Assembly: GCA_018985225.1 (NCBI GenBank)
Contig: JADGIF010000113.1
Span: 1 to 19,014 of the forward strand
From: Amoeboradix gromovi X-113
Taxonomy: Eukaryota > Fungi > Sanchytriomycota
Direction of reading: 5' to 3'
DNA length: 19,014 nt
In this document: in pieces, positions 8,698-17,368 of the stretch
Position numbering within the stretch: the first letter of the stretch is position 1
How the letters are laid out: each line of letters begins with the position of its first letter
Translations under genes and position numbers: made by a program
The notes under the pieces: generated by a model
What the model was told of the DNA's origin: nothing
Databases searched by the model: none
Seen by the model: the letters and a program-made list of their open reading frames with translations, nothing else

Positions 8698-10587
8698 TTA
8701 TTCATGCGCATGCTGAAAATCCTCTTTTAATCTTTTGTATTCCCCGTAGGCGTCTGATGTCGCTGCCTGATCTACATGCTTTGCCGTACTTTTTTGAACC
8801 AAGAAGGCGTTAAAGTCAGCCTTCAGTTGACTAGCTGACTTCTCCAAGAGATGCTTATGATGATCCAAAGCCCTCTTTTTCTGTAGAATCAGCTCATGGG
8901 TATCTTTGTATTTCTTTATCATACCCAAGCACTCTGGGCTGCTGTGGCTTGGATGAGCATTGATAGCGTTCTTCAGCTGATTAGCGTTTTGTGACAGTAG
9001 CTGCGCTGAGGTAACCATCTCATTGTACTTCTTTTTAAACGATTCGGTCCATTTCAACCGTTCATTGTCTTTCTTAAACTCAACAAACAAGTCATCTCGA
9101 TGCTTTTTTTCCATTGACCGGAATGATTCGACCTCTTTCGACGGTCCTGCAGGCTGCTTCGAATGATTTTTGTTCAAATCCAGTAGAACTTTAATTTCCT
9201 GATCGCGCTGAGATATTGTGTTTTGCAATTCTTGTTCTTTACTGCTCGAGCCGTTTACATCTAGAGATTTGCCCGAGTCTTCCCTAACACAGACTGTCGA
9301 GGGTCTGCATGTAATCTTTGATTTTAGCTTGTTCATGACAAATAGTAGCTTTCTGGAGTCGACTGTCAGCAGCTCTTGGGCTCGTACACGGTCGTTTACA
9401 AACTCGTCTATGAGGATGTCTAGCTTCTCAAAGTCATGACTTTCTAGCTCTTGTTCTGCTTGATCGCCAGAGAGCAGACCAATTTGAAGTTTCAACATGC
9501 CGATTTCTTCTTTTAATAGCTTGATCATTGACTGCGGGTCTATCTCTTCGTTGATGTGCGCATTGTTAGATATCAGCGCGACTCTCTGTGCGAATCTGAA
9601 AGTAGAAACCCCCTCTTCCAGGCATCCTGACTCATTGGCAACTGTAGCTATCATTGTAGTTTTACAATTACCACCTAGCGCCTCTCTCAAGATGCAGGTT
9701 AGCATCGAGTTTCTGTATGGGATGTGCTTTTTTTTCGACGATTGAAGACTTATGATGACCTGCTCAAGGTAGTGAAGACTCAAGTTGATATGCTTGGCCT
9801 CTCTCAGTAACCTGCCATCGATTCCGGTTTTGGACACCCGCTCAGAGCCAGCCAAATCAACTAGATGTAACTGAGATTTACACACTTTTAGGCTTCCAAC
9901 CTCAAAACGAGTCACATGTATAGTGAACACACAATGACTGCGAGACGACTGTGGATTACTCGGTGTCTCCGCCATCATCTTGTTGGTATCACCCAGAAAA
10001 AGTAGATTCATTGCGTCCTCTACAGAATGGCATGGCATAATTGCTAGGTTCCTCAGATGAAAGCTGCCCGCATCATCTTCCATTATACTGACGCGAGGTA
10101 GCTCTTCTAGTTTCGTCGCTTCTCTGTTTTCATCCAGGAGATCGTAGCCAAACTCGTTGTATATCTCCAAGTAGGATACCCCTACATCGTATCTGTAGCC
10201 CCTTCGAGTGGATATGTCATTGAATATGTATTCCAATGTCCTTGGCATAACTCCTCGCTGGTGGTAGTTATCATCTCCTCCTGTCATTGTATATGTCTTG
10301 CCGGTTCCAGTCTGCCCGTATACAAACAGCGTCCCATGGTATCCGAGCAACACATGTTTAATGGTACTCAATGCTACCGTCTCGAACACATTTGCTTGGG
10401 ATGTTTTATCGTCAAAAATGGAGTCAAATTTGAACTTATGGAGCTCTTTTTGATGGTTTACTAATCCCTGCTCTGACTTGGTAATTTTTATCTGGATCAT
10501 GTTGTCCTCAATTTCCATGTTGGGTAGTGGCTGCTTGCTAGGTCTTACCCTTGCATATATTTTGATGGCATTTTCACTCTCAGACAT
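8698..10587 (-). CDS. KIF6: Kinesin-9 family motor KIF6, 629 aa
   Basis: P-loop GQTGTGKT, switch I NPQSSRSH and switch II DLAGSER are present. KIF6-type signatures include YLEIYNEFGYDLLD..REATKLEELPRV, LLFLGDTNKMMAETP, INLSLHYLEQVIISL and RFAQRVALI.N.A.INEE.DP. The tail is coiled coil. Confidence 0.92.
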   Translation of the reverse strand: MSESENAIKIYARVRPSKQPLPNMEIEDNMIQIKITKSEQGLVNHQKELHKFKFDSIFDDKTSQANVFETVALSTIKHVLLGYHGTLFVYGQTGTGKTYTMTGGDDNYHQRGVMPRTLEYIFNDISTRRGYRYDVGVSYLEIYNEFGYDLLDENREATKLEELPRVSIMEDDAGSFHLRNLAIMPCHSVEDAMNLLFLGDTNKMMAETPSNPQSSRSHCVFTIHVTRFEVGSLKVCKSQLHLVDLAGSERVSKTGIDGRLLREAKHINLSLHYLEQVIISLQSSKKKHIPYRNSMLTCILREALGGNCKTTMIATVANESGCLEEGVSTFRFAQRVALISNNAHINEEIDPQSMIKLLKEEIGMLKLQIGLLSGDQAEQELESHDFEKLDILIDEFVNDRVRAQELLTVDSRKLLFVMNKLKSKITCRPSTVCVREDSGKSLDVNGSSSKEQELQNTISQRDQEIKVLLDLNKNHSKQPAGPSKEVESFRSMEKKHRDDLFVEFKKDNERLKWTESFKKKYNEMVTSAQLLSQNANQLKNAINAHPSHSSPECLGMIKKYKDTHELILQKKRALDHHKHLLEKSASQLKADFNAFLVQKSTAKHVDQAATSDAYGEYKRLKEDFQHAHE

Positions 10588-10760
10588 GGCCTTGAGGAAT
10601 GCATAACACTAGATCGAGCTGAGAGGGATACATCTCCTGTTTAAACTTATTTGTGCGAGTACATGTCGACTAGGGAAGACACCAATGGGAATGATCACAT
10701 TGGCCTGTTTGCAGCAACCTAAATATGAAAGAGTGATTCGTTTGGGAATGTTGCACTCAT

Positions 10761-11429
10761 TTATTGCTTTTGTGTCATAACTGTCTTCATCAGCTTCTGC
10801 ATCTTCTTTTTTTCATTCATTTCATCGTCTCCAAGTACTAAACACGATTTCCTTTTTTTCGATTTAGGAACAGATCTGCTGTTCTCTGCATGGTCAATCA
10901 TTTTCTGCAGCTCCTGCTTCTTGGCTTGTTTTTTAAGGTTTCTGGATTTCTGCTTTTCGTTTTTATCTATTTTCGCCTTGCGCTCTTTGTTTTGGTCTGC
11001 ATAGGGATTGGCATCAATTTCGTCAGTCATTTTGCCCTCGATTAACCATGGCTTTTCATTGTTCTTACTCTTCCTGCCAAACCTAGGCTTCCACTCGTTA
11101 GTAGGCACATCCAGGACAACAGCATTAGTCTTTTTCTTGACGATTCCCTTCTTTTTCGCAAACTTTTCCCACACAGTAAGTTGGCGAGGTTTCGGTAAGG
11201 GCTTCTCTCGTGGCAGGATAGTTCTGACAGCAGGCAATGCGGCATATACACCGTCTTCATCTGCAGTTCTATCCAACTGGAATAGCTCGTTCATTAGTAC
11301 TTGGCAGCAGTCTCTAGCACGAAGCAGCATTTCGGCTTCGCTAATATTAGACGCGGTTAATGAGTCGACCACTCTGAGTAGCCCTACATCTATTTCCATA
11401 GGAACCTCTCTCTTCACGTTAACAGTCAT
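10761..11429 (-). CDS. RRS1: Ribosome biogenesis regulatory protein Rrs1, 222 aa (first ATG at 11429)
   Basis: Motifs ARDCCQVLMNELF, LPREKPLPKPR..TVWEKFAKKKGI, EWKPRFG, WLIE and KNEKQKSRN, with a Lys-rich tail. Confidence 0.93.
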   Translation of the reverse strand: MTVNVKREVPMEIDVGLLRVVDSLTASNISEAEMLLRARDCCQVLMNELFQLDRTADEDGVYAALPAVRTILPREKPLPKPRQLTVWEKFAKKKGIVKKKTNAVVLDVPTNEWKPRFGRKSKNNEKPWLIEGKMTDEIDANPYADQNKERKAKIDKNEKQKSRNLKKQAKKQELQKMIDHAENSRSVPKSKKRKSCLVLGDDEMNEKKKMQKLMKTVMTQKQ

Positions 11430-12709
11430 TTTCAATGTTTACTCCTTACTGAAGGGACTATGGTACTCGAAAGATATGTCGTAAACAGAAGGGAAACTGT
11501 CATGAATTATAGACAAGCACTCGGTAAGTAATCGGCCCTTGGCACGGTGCTCTAGTTCCATTGACTCCTTAGGCAATGGTGCTCGATCTAACCATTGATT
11601 TGCGCTCTGTATGGGACACCGACACAGAAGCTAGACTCGCTCTAAAAATGGCATTTGGTGATAATATAGACCAACGGTGATCCAAGAAGCTCATTAGAAT
11701 GCAGCTTTCACAGAAAGGCGGCGAGTATCGGCCTCTCTTGAAGAAATCAAGCATCAGAACAATTTCACGCTTTTTGCTGTTCACCAGGAACGATCACCTC
11801 AAGGTGCTGTCTGTCCAGCACACATAACGGCCCGCCTATCTAGGGTTTGGAGATTCAGCTCATAGTGAAGGTTCAGCAGCCGCAACTAATGTAGGCAGTG
11901 GTGGTATATATGGCCCAATTTAAAATATGAAGGGACCTGATGCAGATTATGGACAAGAATATGCCTGATCTTCAGTATCATAAAGTATTGCGGCTAGGGA
12001 ATCACATGCGAAACGTCATAGAGATCATTCAAGTACTGGTGGATTGGGGTCTAAATTCTAATCATGAAATAAATAATGGATCTTTTTTGCGATGATCAGT
12101 GTATTTACTTGAGCAACACTACCATTAATAGTGCAGAAATTCCGATTTCGCTTAAAGAACCCAATTTGTGGAATATACAAACAGTACAAAAGAACTGACG
12201 GAAAAGTAAGTTGCAGAGTGTTCCCCGCTATAGGTACTTGGAGCCTACAGATAACGACAGCACAGAGCCCAAATCCACTGAAACTGATCTGCCTGGATTT
12301 TCCGAAACTGCAAACCCAGAGAAAGCAAAGGCGGCATCAATACTTTGTGTACCAATTTGAAGAGATGATACTACTGAATTGTCTCCCAAAGCTGCAGCTC
12401 TGCGTAATCTACTACTTGGCGGCCTGCAGATACCATATATTATGCGGTATAAGGTGTTTTTCTTTGAAAGAGAGCGATGCACCGCAGCGATCCTGCCAAG
12501 ACTTATCGTAATAGCGCACTTGTCGGTCAAATTGGTCGATAGCTACAGTGTTGGCATCCTTATTTCAAAAATGGTTTCATTCCATTTAAAAGAAAGGATT
12601 GTAAAGGTCTGATTGAAGAGATACTGATTAGTATGAAAAGAACACGACAGTGAATTTATGTAATGCATAGTGCATATGTTATGAAAAATGATAGAGCAAA
12701 TTCAATTTA

Positions 12710-12895
12710 TTAAGAAGGCTTTGAAACTACAACAGTGCATCCGCATCCCGCTTTATTGCCTGAACATTTTAAGGGATTTGGCTGCCGACGATAAATCGCA
12801 GAGAAAGGTCTGTTAAATCCGCGTTTTACTTTTGCTGTAACAGATTCTACTACGCAACCGTTAATGAGCGTAAGAAAACAGAAAAAGATAAACAT
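12710..12895 (-). CDS. 61-aa secreted peptide precursor with KR and RR dibasic sites
   Basis: MFIFFCFLTLING|CVVESVTAKV-KR-GFNRPFSAIY-RR-QPNPLKCSGNKAGCGCTVVVSKPS. It has a signal peptide, an even number (4) of mature Cys, and a tandem TAA TAA stop overlapping AATAAA, and sits isolated in AT-rich flanks. No homology was recognised. Confidence 0.55.
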   Translation of the reverse strand: MFIFFCFLTLINGCVVESVTAKVKRGFNRPFSAIYRRQPNPLKCSGNKAGCGCTVVVSKPS

Positions 12896-13666
12896 TAACA
12901 CATTGAAGAGTCCTGAACTACTTAATCAATGTTGTTTTGTTCCGATTCGCAACAAATTAATTACAAACACTTGCACGTAATGGTTGAATTTCAATTAATA
13001 ATGCCAAAGGCCTGGTATCTCCATCATTAAGTTCAAAAGATTTAAAATGACAAACTAAGTTGCCAATATTTCCGAAAAAAATAAAATGTTTCATAGTGGT
13101 TAGTCAATTTTTCAGTCGTTAAAAATTGATAAAATATTGCGGTTTTAACTTCACCTCAGAAAAGCTTCTAATGACACGTTTTACCACATCGAATGCGAGG
13201 ATCTTCTCAGCGCTCGGATTTTCCCGGTTCTGTTGGTTGCCGACCCACGTCTTGCCAGATTGTAAAACTGCGCACTAGGCTTTCTATGACGACCCAAATC
13301 TGCTTTGGGCCTGAGATTTTTGTCTGACCAAGGAAAAGCATGCAGAGCTTAGCATTCTCTTGCTCTAGACTCGCATGTAGGACGACTCCGGTCAGCGTAG
13401 ATGGGAGTGACATCGTTCATGCACTTTAGAGCAGCGCATGACACTCTAAAGCATACAAAATAAAGAGACGTGGACGAGCTTATGTCGCTTTCCTTTGCAA
13501 TACAAGAGAGCTTTGCTTTAGATTTGATAGTGATGGAGGAACTAGACTGCGTTGCACGTGATGACTCAAGAGAATAAATTTATGAACTCAACTATTTCGC
13601 TTTCCGTGGCGCTGTGACTCCGCTCTTTCCGTAAAGCAGTGGCTTCTATGTTTGCAAATATATTTA

Positions 13667-14932
13667 TTATTCCAGGTCCTCTTCGAATGCGCCCCTTTGA
13701 AGCATCTCTAGCAGCTCGCTTAGCGGTAGCCTCAGTGTATACTGTTCAATCGCGTGCTCGGATCTCTCCTTCAGGTACCCTTCGAAGCTCACGCGGTCAA
13801 ACTCGTCGTGCTCTGGGTAGCAAACCTTTATGGTGTGGTCGATGCCACTAATAACTAGGCAAGGTATAACAGGATGGCTAAGGACGCAGTTGACAACATC
13901 TTCGTCAGCCTTGAACGAGTTTACAACCTCCTGGCTATAGATGTCCCAAATGTACACCCTGCCATCGTCGCTTCCGCACATAACAAACTGCGAGTTGTTG
14001 CCCAAGAACGAGCACTCCTTGATCATGGTTCTCGTGTTCAGGTGCCCTGAGAGCGTAGCTATCGTATTCTCCGATTTGTAAAAGTTAGTTGTTGGATCTG
14101 AGTAGCCATCAAGCTCTGGACAAACAACGTAGACATCGTCATCAGAGTAGCTCACAACCAAGTTGCCGCTCCCATGCGGGTCGTACTGGCAGCTAGTGAT
14201 CCTGGAGCCACTTCTTTGCCGGTACGGTTGATTCGATTCATCTGCAAAGAACGGATTCAGCGAGGAAGGGCAATAGGAATACAGAGGGACGTCAAGATTC
14301 CTGCGATCGAATATCCGGACAAAGTCGTCGTTGAATGCGGCTGCGAACTCAAAATCGTCTTTGCATGAAATGCTGGGAATGCCCCGCTCTGTGGTGCGAT
14401 GCTTGAACTGCAAATGAGATAACTGATTTTCTTTATTGAAGGTTCGAGTAGAGTTGACGAGATTGACCACGCCGTAGTTTTTCATTCGAGTGTCGAAGCC
14501 CTGAATGTTGCCATCCTCCCCACAGCTCATAAAGGAATGGCGGTCGACAAGCTCGATCTGATATGCCATCTTTTGGTTGTGGTTAAAGACATGCTCAGAC
14601 TGGCCATTCATGTTTGTAAAAAGGACATCACCAAAGGCACAGCAGCTCACAATGCCATCGTTAAGAAGCACGGCTGAGAAGATATTGTGTTTGTGTTCTG
14701 TGTGGAGCTTGTCCTTGAGTGAAAAAGTGTAGCCATCCCAAATGCAGATGCACTGGTCGTCCGACCCGCTGACCAGAAGATCCCCAGATTCGTTGAACGT
14801 GACTGTGTTCACGCATCCCGAGTGCGATTCCAGTTCTCTTGACACGCCGTATCTGGGGATCGCTTCGTCCACCATGGCGTGCACCCTGTTCTCTCCTAGT
14901 GCTCGCAAGTGCAGTCTTTCATCTAGTGACAT
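13667..14932 (-). CDS. WD40 DDB1-CUL4-associated factor of the DCAF6/DCAF8/WDTC1 group, 421 aa
   Basis: HSGCVNTVTFNESGDLLVSGSDD..ICIWD, H.HNIFSA, WDxR-like VRIFDRR, GHLNTRTMIKECSFLG (RTMIKE is DCAF6-like), CGSDDGRVYIWD and ADEDVVNCV..HP..P.L..SGIDHTIK. Confidence 0.88.
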   Translation of the reverse strand: MSLDERLHLRALGENRVHAMVDEAIPRYGVSRELESHSGCVNTVTFNESGDLLVSGSDDQCICIWDGYTFSLKDKLHTEHKHNIFSAVLLNDGIVSCCAFGDVLFTNMNGQSEHVFNHNQKMAYQIELVDRHSFMSCGEDGNIQGFDTRMKNYGVVNLVNSTRTFNKENQLSHLQFKHRTTERGIPSISCKDDFEFAAAFNDDFVRIFDRRNLDVPLYSYCPSSLNPFFADESNQPYRQRSGSRITSCQYDPHGSGNLVVSYSDDDVYVVCPELDGYSDPTTNFYKSENTIATLSGHLNTRTMIKECSFLGNNSQFVMCGSDDGRVYIWDIYSQEVVNSFKADEDVVNCVLSHPVIPCLVISGIDHTIKVCYPEHDEFDRVSFEGYLKERSEHAIEQYTLRLPLSELLEMLQRGAFEEDLE

Positions 14933-14965
14933 TTTGTGTGTTTTAGTCAGTCTCCGATTAAAGAA

Positions 14966-15388
14966 TTAGACAATTTTTATTTTACGCCTTGTTATCTTTA
15001 CCAGCTGCCTGTCTCTCGATATAAGCTCGCCATCTGCTTTGTAGTTGGTTTCCCCGCTTGCAAATCTTTTGTAGACCTTGAATTCCATGTATTCCATCAA
15101 GTAGTACATGATCATCAAGTCTTCTTCGGAGTGTATATGAAGCACTATGTCGATGTCCATCTTCCTTATTTTCTGGAAGTATTGCAGAATGTCTCTGCTC
15201 TTGTACCCGTGAAAGTGCCTCAGCCATGGCACCACATCTATCGCTGATTTCATGTTGGTCGCTAGATACGCTATCAGCGACTCTGGCGTGTAGCCCATCA
15301 GATCGTTCTCGGCGTCAAGCGCTACCAGGTCTCTGAAATCGATCAAATGCATCACTGGTAGTTCCAAAGTATCGACATAGAGTGTCAT
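14966..15388 (-). CDS. 140-aa protein, possibly a miniaturised Elongator subunit Elp6 (RecA-like fold)
   Basis: TLYVDTLELPVMHLI, AIDVVPWL...G....ILQYFQKIR, IVLHIH...L, FASG....ADGEL and terminal VKITRRKIKIV follow the recalled order of Elp6 motifs (L.DT...A.FLL; VDDLS.LL..G; VVLVH; LATG...VHGQL; YKIQDKSVSFF). An in-frame TAG two codons upstream fixes the start. Confidence 0.5.
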   Translation of the reverse strand: MTLYVDTLELPVMHLIDFRDLVALDAENDLMGYTPESLIAYLATNMKSAIDVVPWLRHFHGYKSRDILQYFQKIRKMDIDIVLHIHSEEDLMIMYYLMEYMEFKVYKRFASGETNYKADGELISRDRQLVKITRRKIKIV

Positions 15389-15784
15389 CTCCTATGCAAC
15401 ACTCTGAGCAACCCATGTAGCTTTCGCTCTTGTACAATCCAGGATGTCGAGAATAAGTGATCATGCACTGCTTGGCTATAAAGTCTGTAGAATGCAAATG
15501 GATTTATTTTCATTTGGCTACTATACGAATACTCCTGGTAATCATTCCAATCAGGAGAACCGGAGTAGTGATGATGCTTCAAAGAAGTTGCTATAAATTG
15601 GCTTATAAGCTATCGCTAAATTCGATCATTAAGGCAATCTCCGCAGTACCTTGGATATGAACAAGACGTTTTCATTTGATATCTGATATGCTGCCATTGA
15701 ATGCATCCACCTTTTGTGCCTATACTTAGTTCTTACTCTGCCCAAATAGCTCTCAAATGTATCAATTATATGAAGCCGATCTGA

Positions 15785-17368
15785 TTAAGTGTTATTAGGC
15801 ACCAGCTTTTCCATCTGAGTTATCAAGATACTGAGCCTGTAATTTGGGTGGCTCTTCAGAATTTTAAGTAAATTTGCCTGCATAATAGAAGTGCTATAAC
15901 TTCTGAGTCTGACATTGTCTTCAAAGAGTGTATCAAATCTAACCCTGTTCAGCAGTTCTTTGCTGAAGTGATCATTGTTAACATCTACCACAGACAAGAA
16001 GTAGAGCCAGTGATCTGCTTTGAGTGAAGGAAATCTGAATTCAACATTTTCTACCGTTAGACGGTAGGTAACGTATGTTTTAAAGCTCTCAACCTCAGTC
16101 AATCTCTGCGAATTTAAAAAATGGATGGCTCTATTAGGGTTCGCAGAAATAAAGGAATCAACTATGATCTGGAAGCGATTTGGATATTTATGCTTATACA
16201 CAGGAATGAAATCCCACAAGCGCCCAAAGGTGTAGAAGCTATGCCATTCCACCCTCTCCATACAGTGGTGTATTTTATCAGCTGTTATTGCTTTTTCAGA
16301 AGTGATCACACCTAAACAGCTCTGGTAGAGATTGCGGTGATGCTCTGTCTCTAAAAAAAACAAGTTCAGATCTTGTGGTAAAACCAAGTCATACCATTTA
16401 AGTTCTTCATCTTTTATCATATTTCTAGCAATCATGAGTCTGACTACAGTAAGCAGCAGTGGGTTTTCATACAACTTGAATATGATTGCTAATGCATCTG
16501 AATTATTTGTTTCATACGGGATCTTCATTAATTTCAATAGCTGCCAGCTTTTCTCATCTATATGAGGATCTACAGAATAGTCGTAATACCTTTTGGCTAT
16601 CTTTGCCAACCAGTTCCTGTCTCCGTTCAGACCTAAGCAATATCTTATCTTTAGCATCCAATTGTTCTCAAAAGTTTTAACTCGCAATATAAGATCAAAG
16701 TTGTTGAAAAGGACATCACTAAGTACTCGAGGTAAAAGCAAGCAGTGTGAAAATATATCCAGAAAAACAACACTTGTTAGTACCCATTCAAGAATAGCTT
16801 TATTATTTTCGTCTAGTTGCTGGAGACGAAGAAAATGAAGCCAGTCACCGATTTTAAACACCAAGCGGTCAATGTTTGAGTAGTCAATTTGAAAGGTATT
16901 CAAATACCTGTAGGCTACATACAAGCGAAAATCGAAAGAGGATCCAGTAGGCGGAGTCTGCAAATATTTTATTCCTTGTGGAACCACACTGTCAAGGAAA
17001 TTGTTAAAGTTTGTCTGAAATTCTATTGGGGGCCCACCACAATTAAGATGCAGGTAAGGCCACAAAATCTCGAGATACTCAAAGCTATAATGATCTACAA
17101 GATTTACCATCTCTAAAAATTTGTTCACTAACAGAGCAAAATTTAATGGTTCAAAATGCCTAATTTTCTCATGGTTAATCAAGAAATGTCGCAGAAGCAC
17201 CATTTCTGCTCGAGTATCTCTTGTATCGCTTGAGTCCTCCAAAACTTGCTGCAACGCAGATGGAATCGCTTTTTTATTACTCAGAGAAAGATTGTCACCA
17301 GAAAATGGTCTTTTATTGCTTTCTTCGTTGCCTACAGCATATGTCAAAAGCAAAAGCACAATGAGCAT
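15785..17368 (-). CDS. Orphan secreted protein, 527 aa, helical and Leu/aromatic-rich, with an NLS-like motif after the signal peptide (candidate effector)
   Basis: Long uninterrupted ORF. The signal peptide MLIVLLLLTYAVG is followed by NEESN-KR-PFSGDNLSLSN-KK. No recognisable domain. Confidence 0.75.
   Translation of the reverse strand: MLIVLLLLTYAVGNEESNKRPFSGDNLSLSNKKAIPSALQQVLEDSSDTRDTRAEMVLLRHFLINHEKIRHFEPLNFALLVNKFLEMVNLVDHYSFEYLEILWPYLHLNCGGPPIEFQTNFNNFLDSVVPQGIKYLQTPPTGSSFDFRLYVAYRYLNTFQIDYSNIDRLVFKIGDWLHFLRLQQLDENNKAILEWVLTSVVFLDIFSHCLLLPRVLSDVLFNNFDLILRVKTFENNWMLKIRYCLGLNGDRNWLAKIAKRYYDYSVDPHIDEKSWQLLKLMKIPYETNNSDALAIIFKLYENPLLLTVVRLMIARNMIKDEELKWYDLVLPQDLNLFFLETEHHRNLYQSCLGVITSEKAITADKIHHCMERVEWHSFYTFGRLWDFIPVYKHKYPNRFQIIVDSFISANPNRAIHFLNSQRLTEVESFKTYVTYRLTVENVEFRFPSLKADHWLYFLSVVDVNNDHFSKELLNRVRFDTLFEDNVRLRSYSTSIMQANLLKILKSHPNYRLSILITQMEKLVPNNT

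Noticed and set aside
10682-10718. X-box/RFX-like GTTTGCAGCAAC (10707-10718) and inverted CCAATG/CATTGG upstream of KIF6
   Set aside because: Only one half-site fits the RFX consensus. Attractive for a ciliary gene but not distinguishable from chance without an enrichment test.
7422-11484. Alternative ORFs 7422..7607, 7647..7865, 7816..8004, 9218..9439, 9497..9745, 10261..10464, 11008..11484 and 11042..11260
   Set aside because: They overlap confidently called genes on the opposite strand or in another frame, and have shadow-type composition.
11576-11827. Selenoprotein reading of the in-frame TGA at 11678
   Set aside because: No CxxU/UxxC context, no resemblance to known selenoprotein families, and no SECIS recognised.
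14920-15010. Intron fusing the ELP6-like ORF to the WD40 gene
   Set aside because: Donor sites are weak, and both ORFs look complete with their own start and stop.
15315-15660. ORFs 15315..15497, 15385..15582 (ATGA overlap with the ELP6-like start) and 15457..15660
   Set aside because: Short with no motifs. The ATGA overlap is likely coincidental in a eukaryote, and no convincing upstream exon was found.
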